DNA from: Octopus vulgaris
Taxonomy: Eukaryota
Reading direction: 5' to 3'
DNA length: 64,000 nt
Assembly: GCA_951406725.2 (NCBI GenBank)
Contig: OX597816.1
Span: 73,470,001 to 73,534,000, forward strand
Shown: positions 43,962 through 59,030 of the stretch, piece after piece
How positions within the stretch are numbered: position 1 is the first letter of the stretch
Layout of the letters: each line of letters begins with the position of its first letter
Translations under genes and position numbers: made by a program
Notes under the pieces: generated by a model
Told to the model about the DNA's origin: nothing
Seen by the model: only the letters and a program-made list of their open reading frames with translations
Database searches by the model: none

Positions 43962-44058
43962 CTTGTTTTATTTATATTTCCTGAGCGCCATACTAATACA
44001 ATTGTTTGTTTGTTTTCCACCTGCCTTCGTCTTTTGTCTATTTTCATAAAGCTTCCCG

Positions 44059-44132
<74 letters not shown>

Positions 44133-44133
44133 A

Positions 44134-44195
<62 letters not shown>

Positions 44196-44729
44196 ATGTA
44201 TGTATATCTGAGAACGTTATCAGAAACGATTGGTAGAACGGACGAAACGCTGTAGCACTTATAAACACGATGACCGCATCAGTCTGGATATGTGGATTTC
44301 AAATTCTGGCGCAAGGCCAGCAATTTCAGACGAGGAGGTAAGTCGATTACCTCGATTCCAGTGGTCAAGTATATAATAAAGATAGTTCCTCTTCTCGAAT
44401 TCAGGGAGAGTAGTTTTGGAGGAAGAAAGACTAATTGTAAAACAATGAGTAGAATACAGTTCTGGAATTAGAAAAGAGAGCAATAAATGAAAGATGAGAA
44501 TGAAAGACGAAAGAAGAAAAGGTAAGAATATCGGTAGGTGGGTGTATGGATGGGTGGATGAATGGATGGATGGATTTATCCAGGTTAATCGATAGATAGG
44601 TAGATATATTATTTGATTTATTAGTTGATGTATAGATAAGTAGATAAACCAATAGGTGAATAGATTGAAAGTTGGAGAGATAGAGACATAGAGAGATAGA
44701 GAGAGATAGAGAGACAGATAGGTACATAG

Positions 44730-44794
<65 letters not shown>

Positions 44795-44817
44795 GTAGAT
44801 AGATAGATAGATAGATA

Positions 44818-44864
<47 letters not shown>

Positions 44865-45007
44865 AGATAGACAGACAGACAGATTGACTGATTGATTGAT
44901 AGACAGACAGACAGGCAGATTGATTGATTGAATGATAGATAGATACATTGATAGATAGTTATAGATAGATAGACAGACAGACTGATTGATTGATTGATAG
45001 ATAGATA

Positions 45008-45060
<53 letters not shown>

Positions 45061-45122
45061 GTTGATTGGTTGATTGATTGATTGATTTGATAAATAGATA
45101 GATAGATAAATAGATAGATAGT

Positions 45123-45155
<33 letters not shown>
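44730..45155. repeat. Compound (GATA)n/(GATT)n/(GACA)n microsatellite
   Basis: Direct reading of the sequence. Confidence 0.95.
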
Positions 45156-45157
<2 letters not shown>

Positions 45158-45535
45158 CCATATTTAAGAGAAAGAAACAAACAAACAAAAATCGAAAGCA
45201 AGTAAGGGAAATCCATTGGTTGGGAAATAAAAGACAGACAGACAGACAAGCATGCAAACAAACACACACGCAGAAGGAAAAAGGGGATGAAAAAGACATT
45301 AGGAAGGAGTTAATGAAGGAAAGAGGGTTGTGTCGGTATCGTTGATAATGGCGGGAGAATAGAGAACGCTAAACAACAGCAACAACAATCATTCAGTGTA
45401 GTGTAAGGTGACAATGGTGGTGGCGGTGGTGGTGGTTGTGGCAGTGGTGGTTATGGTGCTGGTAGTCGTCATCGTGGCAGTGGAGAAGAAAATTCTGTAC
45501 TTAAGGTAGTTGTAGTCATGGATGTAGTAGCGGTG

Positions 45536-45629
<94 letters not shown>

Positions 45630-46189
45630 ATGTATATATATGGGGGTAGTGCAGCGATCGTGGCTGTGATGGTTGTAGTATTCGCGCGTGTGTGTGTGTG
45701 TGTGTGCGTATGTGTGTGCGCGCGTGTTACTTTTGGCATGGTGATAGTGGAAATGGTAGCAATGGTATTAGTGGTATAGTGGTGATCTTAGGGTACTGTA
45801 TATGTGTTGTTTTTGGTGGTGGTGGTAGTGGTGATGTTGGACATGGCAGTAATATGTGTGGTACTCAATGTGTGTGTGTGCGTGTGCGCGTGTGTGTATG
45901 TGTATGTATGGCAGTAATGGTGGTGGCGGTGGCGGTGGCGGTGGCTTTGGTGGTGGTGAGAGAAAGCGGTAAATAGCTCAAGTTAAAAGTAGCGAGGCTC
46001 AAGGCAGGGAACCGTGCTTGATAAATAGCTATTTAAGAAGGCATCGAATGTCACTAATTAAGATCCATCGTGTTCTGATGACAATGGCAGTTCTGGTGGA
46101 AGAGACGGCACTGCAATGATTCTCAACACTTTATGGCTGTTTGTTGCTTTGTTGGTTAGCAGTGGATGTGAGGGGGTGTTGGCTGAATG

Positions 46190-46810
46190 TTGTTGTTGTT
46201 TAACCCCAGGTCAAGCCTTCACCGAGCAGTCCTGTGATCAAAGCCTCGATTTTTTTTTTCTTTGTAGTTTGACCAATCCGTTTCTTTCTTCTTAACCAAA
46301 GTGTGATGTGTGATTTTGTTTTCTCTTTAAGACTTCACTCTGATTTGAGAGAAATTTGGCTTCTATTTCTAGCACGACGTGTGACTACCGAAAGGCTCTC
46401 TCGTTGATTCGTATTGTTGTGTCCTTTAACCCCCAGCTCTAACCTTCCTATGATCATAACCACTATTTTTTTTCTTTGTAGTTTTGACCATATTAGCCTT
46501 TGCCTTTTATGTGTTGGGATTTGAGAAACATATAAAAGATGCTTGATTTTTTTTCCCTTTTCTTTTTTGTATGATTGCAGAGTCTGATTTCAGCGAAATT
46601 TGGTTTCTATTTCTAGCATGATGCATGACCACAAAGAAGTTTTTTAGTTGCTTCGTGTTGTTAGTGTTCTTTAAGAATGCAGGGTCTGATTTGAAGAAAG
46701 TTTAGTTTCTATTTCTAACAAGATGTGTGGCCACAGAGAGATTCTCTTATTGATATATGTTGTTCTTCTTTAACCCCAGGTCAGTCCGTCATTGAGCAGC
46801 GATTTGATCA
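46190..46810 (+). repeat. Degenerate tandem array of a dispersed repeat fragment
   Basis: CTGATTT...TCTATTTCTA(G/A)CA occurs three times and TTAACCCC three times. Related motifs at ~5780, ~27245 and ~56300. Confidence 0.6.
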
Positions 46811-46860
46811 AAATCACTATTTTTTCTTTATAGTTTTTCTCTATGTACATCATACATATA

Positions 46861-47029
46861 GGCGCATGAGTGGCTGTGTGGTGAGTAGCTTGCTAACCAA
46901 CCACATGGTTCCGGGTTCAGTCCCACTGCGTGGCATCTTGGGCAAGTGTCTTCTGCTATAGCCTCGGGCCGACCAATGCCTTGTGAGTGGATTTGGTAGA
47001 CGGAAACTGAAAGAAGCCTGTCGTATATG

Positions 47030-47060
<31 letters not shown>

Positions 47061-47262
47061 TTGTGTGTCTGTGTTTGTCCCCCTAGCATTGCTTGACAAC
47101 CGATGCTGGTGTGTTTACGTCCCCGTCACTTAGCGGTTCGGCAAAAGAGACCGATAGAATAAGTACTGGGCTTACAAAGAATAAGTCCCGGGGTCGATTT
47201 GCTCGAGTAAAGGCGGTGCTCCAACATGGCCGCAGTCAAATGACTGAAACAAATAAAAGAGA
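46861..47262 (+). mobile_element. SINE family B, full length
   Basis: GGCGCATGAGTGGCTGTGTGG head, GGTTCAGTCCC B-box-like, internal (TA)n(TG)n, tail CAGTCAAATGACTGAAAC-AAATAAAAGA. Confidence 0.92.
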
Positions 47263-47416
47263 AAAGAGAGAGAGATACCGTCTTAAACGAAAAGACTACG
47301 TTGGATAATGCAGTCTTGGATTCCTAGTCCGTGGGGAAAAGATAGGATTGCTACAACTAGAATAACATTTGATTAGTATAAGTTTGCTCGATCAGGGATG
47401 AACAACAGCAGCTAGT

Positions 47417-47610
47417 GGAGGCGCAATGGCCCAGTGGTTAGGGCAGCGGACTCGCGGTCGGAGGATTACGGTTTCGATTACCAAACCGGGCGTTGTGTGT
47501 GTTTATTGAGCGAAAACACCTAAAGCTCCACGAGGCTCCGGCAGGGCGTGGTGGCGACCCCTGTTGTACTCTTTCGCTCCAACTTTTTCTCAGTCTTTCT
47601 TCCTGTTTCT
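47417..47610 (+). mobile_element. SINE family D
   Basis: Matches 2029-2210. Confidence 0.85.
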
Positions 47611-48575
47611 TGTCCCCGACTTCCTACGCAACCGATGAGCCTGGATGCGCATTCATCCATCCGTCGATGCTCTCGGTGTCGGGGGTCGACCTGCTTTCTC
47701 TTCTGCGGGTCTTACGAATAGCAAAGGACCACGTTTCGGACTTCTCCCACTACAGAGGCGCGGAGCAGTAGCTATACTGTCTGTGTTAGGGTCGTGCATT
47801 GTCAGACAATGAACAGATTGCACCACCCTAAGGAAGATGCAGAATACCTTTACTTATGTATGACCACTGGCATACTCTCTCGTTGTTTTGTATAGCTGCT
47901 TGTACCAGTTACGCACTGGAGTCGATGTAATGTATGGTGGTGGTGGTGGTGGTAGTGGTGGTAGTAGTGGTGATGAGGTGGAGGAGCAAGTCAATTGCAT
48001 CGACTCCAATTCTTGGCTGTTATTCATTTTATCAACCCCACGCACCAAAACATTGTCAGCTGAATTCAGTGGAATTTCAGAGCGTAAAGAAGACCCAGAA
48101 GGAATGCCTCTAAGTCGTACAAAAGGAAAAGATTACCAACATTTCTTCTGGCTCTTTACTTTCTGAATTCCAATACCGCCGATGTTGACTTTGCCTTTCG
48201 ACCACTCGAATCGATAAAATATGTACCAATGATGTACTGGCCTTCATGAAATCGACTACCTTCCTCCCCACACATTGCAGGCTCCCTGTCTATAGCAAAA
48301 ATAATAATTATTATTGTTGCTGTCGCTGTTGTTGTTAAAGGCCGTCCGCAGCAGTAACTGTTGCGTGGCAGACATATTGTGCCTAACTTAAAATTTCGTG
48401 TTATTATCGAAGTTGTCACTGTTATTGGTCTATACATAGTTGTTATAGCGGTGGTTATTGTCAATCATCGTAAGCGTTATTGTTTTGACGAGGATTTAGA
48501 ATCATTCTTGGTTCGCACACTACGTTGTGCTCTATTTTGTTTTCCTGTATAATACACATACACACACGCATATAG

Positions 48576-48661
<86 letters not shown>

Positions 48662-48683
48662 AGTATCATCATATATATATGGG

Positions 48684-48787
<104 letters not shown>

Positions 48788-48821
48788 ATATATATGTATA
48801 TATACACACATATATATATGC

Positions 48822-48865
<44 letters not shown>

Positions 48866-48886
48866 ATACATATATACATACATATA

Positions 48887-48960
<74 letters not shown>

Positions 48961-49309
48961 TATATATGTGCATAAGTGTATGTACATATACATGTACCTA
49001 TATGTAGGTATATATGCGTGTGTGTGAATGCATAGTATATAGCCACGTAAACATGCATACATACGTACATTTGCATATTTATATCTATATTTATGCATAT
49101 TCATACATGCGCATATAAACATATATGAATACATGTGTATGTACATGTATGTGCCTTTATATATGTGTATGTATATATATATATATATGTGTGTGTTTAT
49201 ACACATGCACGCACACATACCACACACACATACAACACACATAGACAGATATATATGCATATATATGTATATGTATATTCTATGCATGTGTATATATATA
49301 TATATATTC

Positions 49310-49340
<31 letters not shown>

Positions 49341-49882
49341 TGTATGTATGTATGTATGTATGTATATATGTATGTGTGTACCTATAATCTCGTAATGAAT
49401 GAAATCATAAATAGTTAATGAGATTGTGATATCGTTACAATTGTTTACAGATTAGAAATGTCGATAAGATCAACACATATCTCATATCTTTGATCCATCA
49501 CTTCCATAACATAGGTCATCGCCTAGAAGAACCCTCCCGCTACAACAATAACCAAATGATTGATATAACATGACGTGCGTGTGTTCCAAAGTTTGAGCAA
49601 GCGTAAGAAGCTTTCAGCTCATTTTCTTCGCATTTTTGCATCCAAAGTCAGATTTGACATTCTTGTTTTCATGGAAACTTCAAATTCTGGCTTCATCCAA
49701 GATTCAGCTCTTAAATAAATGTACCCAAAGTTTGTTACTATTCTTGTTTTAAAATTTTTATATCTGGGATCTATTTCATTTTATATTTTATTGTTTTAAT
49801 TATTTTCATATTCATCATCGGTTTCACCACTTTCAGGCGCACACGTATACACACATATATATACGCACATATATATACATAC

Positions 49883-49914
<32 letters not shown>

Positions 49915-49915
49915 T

Positions 49916-50076
<161 letters not shown>

Positions 50077-50241
50077 TCACACACACTTTATTCAGTAAGG
50101 GTATTATTGAACTGTAATCCAACGATGGGGCTACTTGTATATGTTCACGAGATTAAATATAAATACAAATACATACATAGATACATATCAACACACACAC
50201 CGTACACACGCACACACTGAATACATACATAATACATATGA

Positions 50242-50630
50242 AGGCACAGGTGTGGCTGAGTGGTAGGAACCTTGCTTTCCAACGACATGGTTCCAGGTTC
50301 AGTCCCACAAAGTGCCACTTTGGGAAAGTGTCTTTTAATATAGCCCCAGGCCAACTGAAGCCTTGAGAGTGGAACTAGTAGACGGAAACTGAAATAAGCC
50401 CCGTCGTATATGTATCTGCATATGTATATCCATGTGGATGTGTTTGTGTGTGTTTCTCCCATCACCACCGCATGACAACCGGTGTTGGTGTGTTTGCATC
50501 CCCGTAACATAGTGATTCAGCAAAAGAAACCAATAGAATAAATTCCAAGCTAAAATGCATTCGACTAAAATATTCTTCAAGGAGGTGCCCCAGCATGGCC
50601 GCAGTCTAATGACTGAAACAAGTAAAAGTA
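50242..50630 (+). mobile_element. SINE family B (older copy)
   Basis: Colinear with 46861-47262 but more diverged. Confidence 0.85.
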
Positions 50631-50879
50631 AAAGTAAGAGATAAAAGATAAATGATACACACACACACACACATATATATATATACATATATACACACAC
50701 ATATATATATACATACTTATATATGTATATATATACATATTTATATACATATATATATGTATTTATATATGTATATATATATATCTATATACGCATATAT
50801 ATATGTATGTATATATATATATGCATATACATATATATATATGTATATATATACGTACACATATGCTTACATATGTATG

Positions 50880-50987
<108 letters not shown>

Positions 50988-51215
50988 ATTTTATGTTATT
51001 AGTGGAAAAATCAAAACCACGGCAGAACGAGTAATCAAATCATTTAGAATAATTTAATTAGGGTGAGATGAATTTAGGTTAAGACTTCAAATTCACCTGA
51101 CCTTAATTACATTATTCTAAATGACTTGCGATACTCTAACATGATATATACATGCTATAACGGAACCCTAACACGTGCCTATTCGTTTAGATCACAAATG
51201 AACCAAATCCCTCAT

Positions 51216-51260
<45 letters not shown>

Positions 51261-51558
51261 CTTCGGTAGTGTAAGATAAATAATCTGGTGTCGATCTAAT
51301 CGAGTAAACCCCTCCCCCAAAATTTCGGGCCTTGTGCCTCGAGTAGAAAAGAATAAGGTGTAGTGAAGTCATAGTTCAGTGCCTGGAATAGCATCCTATA
51401 GCTTCATAGGAACCTCGAATATGAGGTGCAATTTATTTGTGGAAAAAAAAAAGTTTTAATTTGTGCAAAATACAAGGAAGGCTTCACCAGTGAGAAAGTT
51501 ATTACTGATGTATACAAAGGAGTGTGTGTTCAAGAGACAATTACACTTACTGGTGGAA

Positions 51559-51662
<104 letters not shown>

Positions 51663-51845
51663 GCATACATGCACGCACGCACTCAAAACGCGCGCGCAGA
51701 CACACACAGCATACGGATACACATACACATACATACATACATACATACATACATACATACATACATACATACATACATACATACATACATACATACATAC
51801 ATACATACATACATACATACATACATACATACATACATACATACA

Positions 51846-51881
<36 letters not shown>

Positions 51882-52092
51882 TGTGTGTGTTTGTGCGTTG
51901 TTCAGTGACATGCATAATATTTAACTTGAAGATTTAGTAGTCTCGGAAATGATGTTCGTGTTTAATTCTCAAATACAATTAAATGTTAATTACCAATGTT
52001 TATAGTAAATTACAGATTAAGGAGTATTTAATTTAGATAATACCGTGATAAATTAAGACATAAATTATCATATTAGGGTTTTTATTTCAGAG

Positions 52093-52347
52093 CAGTTGTT
52101 CCCAACCATTCTTTGCTTATGGACTCCTTTGATTTCAACCTTACTCGTGTGGACCCCCGTAGCCATTCGATCTTTAAAAAATCCTGTTGTTTTTATAATT
52201 AAATATTATTAGAAACTGTATAAAAAAAATATGTTAAACTATTTTTTGCGTTGCAGAATTATAACTAATTCATTACTAATAAACTATAACGACATAATCT
52301 CATATGGACCCATTTTGGGTCATATAGACCCTGGATAGGAACCACTG
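52093..52347. mobile_element. hAT (Charlie-like) MITE
   Basis: Imperfect TIRs CAGTTGTTCCCAACC / GGATAGGAACCACTG. Right flank ATCTAGAT resembles the Charlie target; the TSD is decayed. Confidence 0.6.
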
Positions 52348-54664
52348 ATCTAGATGGAAAAATCTGAACAAATCTTTAGTTAGAGTTTTAGGATGCTTAG
52401 AACGCTGGGTCACTTCTTATGGTTGACTAAACAATAAATTTAAATGGTAAAAATCTGTTGCAATAAGTTATCAAAACATAAAAGAGCGAGAGAGACAATA
52501 GTACGATAAAAATAATCCTTAGGGTTTTAGGCATACATAAAAAGGTATATATCTAAGAGTCAAACATTGATATAACATTTAGTCGTAGGTTATAATTCGG
52601 CCTAAGTGACCCAATATGAAAAATAAAGACAGTCAATAATTAATAATATACCTGTATGAATTGCAGTTACTAAACATATTATCAAGAGTACTACAAAATA
52701 AAGAGAGTTCATACGTGTATTTATGAAATTTAATTTTACGTGGTAAGCGAGGGGGAAAAGGAAATGAAAGAAATTGTTAGGAAATTAGAAGATGCGATGG
52801 AACCGTGTCAGTGACCAGGTCGCAGTTGGTACGACGAAAATGTTGACATGAAATTATAAATGTTTAAGTGAAATTAACAGTCATTGTGTGTTTTTAATGT
52901 TAACATATGTCTTCCAAGCTATAATTGTTTGTTTCAACACACGCTCTCATACCAAATCACTTGCCAGACTAGTACAGCCCCTAAAGAAATGTTTTTATTC
53001 AAATTGCACGTTTGTCTACTGAACAACGTTTGTCTACTGAAGGGGAAGATTGAATAAAGCCGTGTTATGAATTATCTGTAATTGGTTCAAAAACATTCAA
53101 AGAATTTATATTCTAGACTAACCAAACGGAGTACCGTTCTTCTAGCTGTATTTTTACTGTAATTAAATTGTAAACAACGCCGTGTGTATAAAAGGTTTTG
53201 TAAGTCAAGTAGGGGGGAATAATTAGTTAAAGTCAGTCGTGGAAGAGGTGGGTAGGGACTTTTTATATGTAGATATTTAATGTATTTTATTTGTATGTTT
53301 TTTTATGGTGAATCAGGTTTAACTTGGTAAATACATAAAGATGTCTACGATAAAAAAGAAAAGTTATATGAACTACAAAATAAAGTGTACGAGAGGTGGT
53401 TGCTTGGGAGATAATTGTAGAGTAATTCCGCCGTGTGATTATATTTATAGTAATATTTAATGTCTTATAGTTGTTACAATGAATAGATTCTTTACATTTA
53501 CGAAAATGTGTTTTGTAGCCAAACAAAGACCAAGAAAATTGGAAGTGGGAGAACAAATATGGCAGAACAATATAAGTTATGTTGGTTATCTAATTTAAAA
53601 TTTGAATGTTTAATGTAAAATATAATGCGGGTGTGTGTGGGGTTCCTAAATGATGTTTGGAGGTTAATTGCCAGATGGTAGTTTTGTTAAGTTAGATATT
53701 GCCTAACAATGGTGAATTAAGTGAGAAATAGATAGGAATATAAAATAATATTAAAAGTGTTAAATGGGAAAGTAAGTGCTTATTGCTAAGCGGGAGTAAT
53801 ATAAGTAAAAAAATGGGATGTTTGGCAACATAGCACGAAGTACAAGAATATAAATTTTGGTGTTAAGTTTTGGTACAAGACCAGAAATTTCGGTGGGATG
53901 AGTAAATCAATTAGACCGACCTCAGTGTTCAACTGGTACTTATTTTATCAACTCCGATATATATATATATAGCTTTGGGACTTCAACTCTTTTTATAAAT
54001 CGTAAGAGCATCGCCGTGACATAAGTTCGTGTCCGGGATATATTTCTTTTTTTTTTAACTTTGTGAAACTTATCCCTTACCAGGTTTATCAGGAACTGAT
54101 TTCTTCCAGGAGAGACAAAGAATGAGTGAAAGAAATAGAAGATGGGCAAAGATGATCTCGGAGGAATTTGAACTCTCAGAAAGCAGAACGTAGAAACGAT
54201 TTCCGCAAAAGCAATCTAACTAATGTTCTAATAATTCTGCTAATCGACCACCTTAAGCTAAGTATATGCTTAGACGTAGAGTAGTTCGTGTATGGGTGCA
54301 GAAATTAGATTTATAATATCTGTATAGATAGGTTTAGTGTGAACCCTGCGACGGACTGGTGTTCGGTTCAGAAGGAAGCGCACTGTGACCAGCGGTACGC
54401 AACAACATCCGATAGTCTGGTCGATGCAGTGATATAAATGTATGTTTATATACATATGTCTATTTGCGACCCAGGATGTCTGAAAGAACTTCTGATGTGA
54501 GACATTAGATCAATATTGATGCCACCAGGAAATTCATGACAACCGACAAATAATAGAGATAGACATTATGTTGCTGTGTACAGTTTCGCAAAATGGTCAT
54601 CCAATTAGAGTTAAGAATAACGATAAGTTTCAATCGAAGAAAAAAAATCGAAATATACCAGATA

Positions 54665-54870
54665 TCCTTTGCTACTCTAGACACAAGGCCCGAAATTTTG
54701 GGGGAGGGGGCCAGTCGATTAGATCGACCAGAGTACACAACTGGTACTTAATTTATAGGATGAAAGGTAAAGTCAACCTCGCCGGAATTTGAACTCAGAA
54801 CATAAAGACAGACGAAATACCGCTAAGCACTTCGCCCGACGTGCTAAGGTTTCTACCAGCTCGCTGCCTT
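54665..54870 (-). mobile_element. SINE family C with target-site duplication
   Basis: TCGAAATATACCAGATAT occurs at both sides (~54648 and ~54870). Confidence 0.85.
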
Positions 54871-56649
54871 CGAAATATACCAGATATTGCCACCGGTGTG
54901 AGCTTTCATGAATAACATCACTGTCGTAGTGACAAGAAGTACAATGTCTCGTAACCCAATTGGATGAGTTACTTCATGAATGTCGACAGCAGACCAAAGT
55001 TCTCACAAATGTGTTCATAATGCTGACATCTCCACCATAACCGGTCCCAAACTCGGTTGAGAAAGGAAGAGGACAGTAAGTGTAAAGTTAGTAGCCGTGC
55101 TCTACCTTTTTTTTTCATTGTTACTTGAACATAAATAAAGGAACATATGAAACCGATCTGGGTAAGGGCAGGTTGTATTCAGACAGCGTATGAAGCATTG
55201 TAGTGAAAGCCGAAAGCAATGATGTGGAAGAACCTTCTCTCACCAAGGGAAGCATGGTAGAATAAAAACATGAAGACGGTCCTCAAAAACAGTTCTGGCA
55301 AGTAGTTACACATGAGGACAGTTGCAATCCAAAAGCTCAAGAAATATGGAGATCGTTTGTTAATACCATACCCTCCACATGATAATAAATTAGGAAGAAG
55401 ATAAAATTGACGGTTGAGGAATCGTGTTTCGAAATTGATGGAGAAGAAATTTTTAACTATCAAAAAGTAAACAGTTAAGCGCTTTAACAATTTTGTTCTT
55501 ATTTTCCTTTCTTTTTCCTTCTAATTTGTTATCGTTTGAGAATATGCTGTTCCTTTAAATAGAGCATTGAGATCTTAACCAAGCTGAAAGAAGGATTAAC
55601 TGTCATTGTCTAGTTGCAATATGATTCACGGGTTCAAGGTATCATGTTATCAATATGTGGAAAGTGTTGCCCGCCAAATTGCGATTCTTCATGTTCTTCC
55701 ATCTCATCTTCTTCATGTTCATCTTGTTCTTCCATTCCAAGACGGAGTTAGAGTAATAGTACTGATTGTCTTTGGGGGTGTTGAAATATATTCTAACAAA
55801 TGACAACAGTCTCTCGCAGTCCACAGAAGACGGTTCTGTAATTCCTTGCTGAACAACAACCTGTACAAATGGCTTGTTTATAGCGGTTTATATACGCGCT
55901 GCACAGGTGTACGGTGTATCACACGTCAGGTGTCGAAATGAGCGCAGAGTAACATGAGATGGAATGTCTTGCTCAAGAACACAACGCACCACCTGATTCA
56001 GAAATTGAAACCACATCTCGCGATCGTGATAGCAACACCCTAACCCTCTAGGCCATGCGCCCTCATTCTAGCAATATGCAAAGCATATTTGGCAGTATAA
56101 CCAACCAAGTCTTAAATACTCTAAAATACACATTGCCGATACAAGATATATCCCGATACAAAGACATTCCAGCCGTAACCATTCCGTCTTACATACATTG
56201 TACCAAAGACCCCATTATCTGATTTGCACTTCCTTTCCGTTCTTTTCTTTCTTCCTTTTATTTTTCTTTATTTGCAAGATGGTGGGATGCAATTTCAAAG
56301 AGATTTGACTATTATTTCTTGCCGGTTGACCAACTGCACAGAAGCTCACAGATGCAGTATCTGTGGAGTTATTTACTCGCTTAACCTTGATCAAGCAAGA
56401 CCAATGCTCAAAAGCCTTCCAGTCGTGACCATCCCGTATTTCAGTCACAGTTCACCTCAGTCTACATCATCCAATATGGCTGTCCATTCTTTTAACTTTA
56501 TTAAGATGATGGGATGAAATTTGAGACTTCTTATGGCTGCTGGCTGATGGCAGCAGGTTAGAGAAGAATTTCTGATTAGTTTTATTTGGTGGTGGGTTGA
56601 AAGGGAGGGGGTGCTTAGTATGAATTAATGGCAAAGTTGATGGCTAATA

Positions 56650-57415
56650 AGAGAGAGAGAGAGAAAGAGAGAGGGTAAAAACGAGTGAAGAGGGAGAGAG
56701 AGAGGGAGAAAAAGAAAGAGAAAAGAAAAGTGAGAGAAAGAGCGAGAGAGAGAGAAATTGAGAAAAAGACAGAAAGAGCGACAGAGAGAGAAAGAGTGAC
56801 AGTGTGTGTGTGTGTGTTTGAATGGGAGAGAGAGAGAAAGAGAGAGGGAGAGAAAGAGAGATAAGGAAAGAAAGAGCAAATAGAGATACAAAGAAAGAGA
56901 GAAAGAGCGAGTAAAAAGAGACGGGGAGGGAGAGAGGGAGAAAGAGCAAGGGAGAGAGAAAGAGCGAGAGAGATAAGGAAAGAAAGAGCAAATAGAGATA
57001 CAAAGAAAAAGAGAAAGAGCGAGTGAAAAGAGACGGGGCGGAGAAGAGGGAGAAAGAGCGAGGAAGAAAGAGCGAGGGAGAGAGATAGAATGAGAAAGTG
57101 TGTGCGAGAGAAAGTAAGAGGGGGAGAGAAAGAGCGAGAGAGAGAAAAAGAGAGATTTGGCAAAAGAGTGCGAGAAATAAAGACAGAAAAAAGAATAAGA
57201 GAGAGAGAGATTAAGGAGGAAGATAAATGGTAAAAGAGTGTGTGTGAGAGAGAAAGAGGAAGAGAAAGGAAAGAAAAAGGAAGAGAGAAATGGAAGCGAG
57301 AGAGGGGAAATGGAGAAAGAGAAAGTGTATAAATGTAAGAGAGAGAGAAACGGCTTGAGAGAAGGAGGGAGAGAGACAGAAAAACTGAGAGAGAGAGAAA
57401 GAGATAATATGCCTC

Positions 57416-57470
<55 letters not shown>

Positions 57471-57960
57471 AAGAAATGAAAAAGTGAGAGAGAGTTACAT
57501 TAGAGGGAGGAAAGGGGAGAGAGAGAGAGAGAGACGAAGTCAGTTAAGGATGGAGACAGACAAAGAGATGAAAGACGAAAGAGAGAACAAATGAAAGGGC
57601 GAAAGATAGCGAGGTAGAGAGAGAGGGAGGAGAGAAGGGAGAGAGAGGAAGGAACAGAGAGAGTGAGAGAGAAAGGAAGCTGGTGAAAGATAAAGAAATA
57701 GACAAAGAGATGAATGACGAAAGAGAGAGCACCAAATGAAAGAGCGACAGAGAGAGAGAGAGGGAAAGAGGGAGAGCGGGAGAGAGAGAGATAGAGAGAG
57801 AGAGAGGGAGAGAAGGAGGGAGAGGGAGAGAAAGGGAGAAGGAGAGAGAGAGGAAGCTAGTGAAAGATAGAGAAATAGACAAAGAGATGAATGACGAAAG
57901 AAAGAACACCAAATGAAAGAGCGAGGGAGAGAGAGTGAGAGAAAGAGGGAGAGATAGGGA
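56650..57960. repeat. ~1.3-kb purine-rich (GA) tract with internal duplications
   Basis: Plus strand almost entirely A/G apart from short TG runs. One unit is duplicated (~56855, ~56968); GACAAAGAGATGAA..ACGAAAG occurs three times (~57559, ~57701, ~57878). Confidence 0.85.
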
Positions 57961-58639
57961 AAAACCAGTGAACGAGAGATCTAAAAATCGGTGTGGTGGA
58001 TGGAACTGGCTGGAGAGCCGATCATTCGAATTCGTGTTATGACCGAATGATGAAATGGTGTCTGATCTAATCTGGATTTCAAATGTTCCAGTGTGTCTGT
58101 TGTTGGATTTTTCAAAAGTGAGAATGATGTTGTTGGTGGTGGTCGGTTATAGAGCAGAGCAGAGCAGTGCAGTGAGACTGGGGTACGTGGGGAGGCGGGT
58201 GGGAGCGGTGGGGTGGGGCGTTGGTCCTGATAGATTGAGAAGAGAGAGAGAGGTATCAAACCAGAAACCAATGTGAGATAAAATTAATAAACACAAAACC
58301 AAACACATACAAAAAAACAAACACACACACACACACATATTCACACATACACAGACAAACACATATATACACAAAAGAGCAAAAAGTGTGATTGACAACC
58401 ACAAAAAAAAGACAAACAATTTTAGAGGGTTAATCAAGGAAGAGAAAGCTTTTGTTTATTGCTTTGTACTTTTTTTATATTTTTCTTTGAAAATTTTTGT
58501 TTCAGAAATTTTCTTTTTTTTTTTTTGAATTATTATATTTCGATTTGTTGTTTTTAATGTTCTTTTATTTTCATATTTTGTTTTCTATTTTTTCTGTTTT
58601 CGTTTTTTTCTATTTTGTATAATGACTTCATTTTGATAG

Positions 58640-58740
58640 ATGATGACAACGACGACGATTATCATCATCATCATCATCATTATCATTATTATTATGGTGG
58701 CGATGGTGGTGAGAGCGATGATGGTGGGGGCGTCGAATCG

Positions 58741-58776
<36 letters not shown>

Positions 58777-59030
58777 CGAAAATGATGATGATTATGACTA
58801 TGTCGACGACGACGAATGCGATATAGGTGATGATGATGATGATAATGACGATGATGATCATGATCATGATCATGACGACGACGGCGACGGCGACGGCGGC
58901 GGCGGCGGCGATGACGATGTTGACGATGATGACAACGACAGTGATGATGATGATGATGATGATGAGGTTGGTGAAGGGGATGGTGATGATGATGATGACG
59001 ATGATGATGATGACTACGACGATGAAGATG
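58640..59030. repeat. (GAT)n/(GAC)n/(GGC)n trinucleotide region
   Basis: Direct reading of the sequence. Confidence 0.9.

Larger units (their letters stand above)
42931..44060 (+). mobile_element. Penelope-like element 3' portion (EN + C/T tract + pseudo-LTR) in (TA)n
   Basis: EN domain, polypyrimidine tract at 43342-43650, terminal segment homologous to 61510-61697, ending in (TA)n. Confidence 0.85.

Noticed and set aside
44259-45299. Longest ORF (346 aa, minus strand)
   Set aside because: SIYL/SINQ repeats derived from (GATA)n/(GATT)n; an artefact.
46190-46810. Repeat-spacer-like arrangement suggesting a CRISPR array
   Set aside because: Repeats are degenerate and irregularly spaced, the context is eukaryotic, and there are no cas genes.
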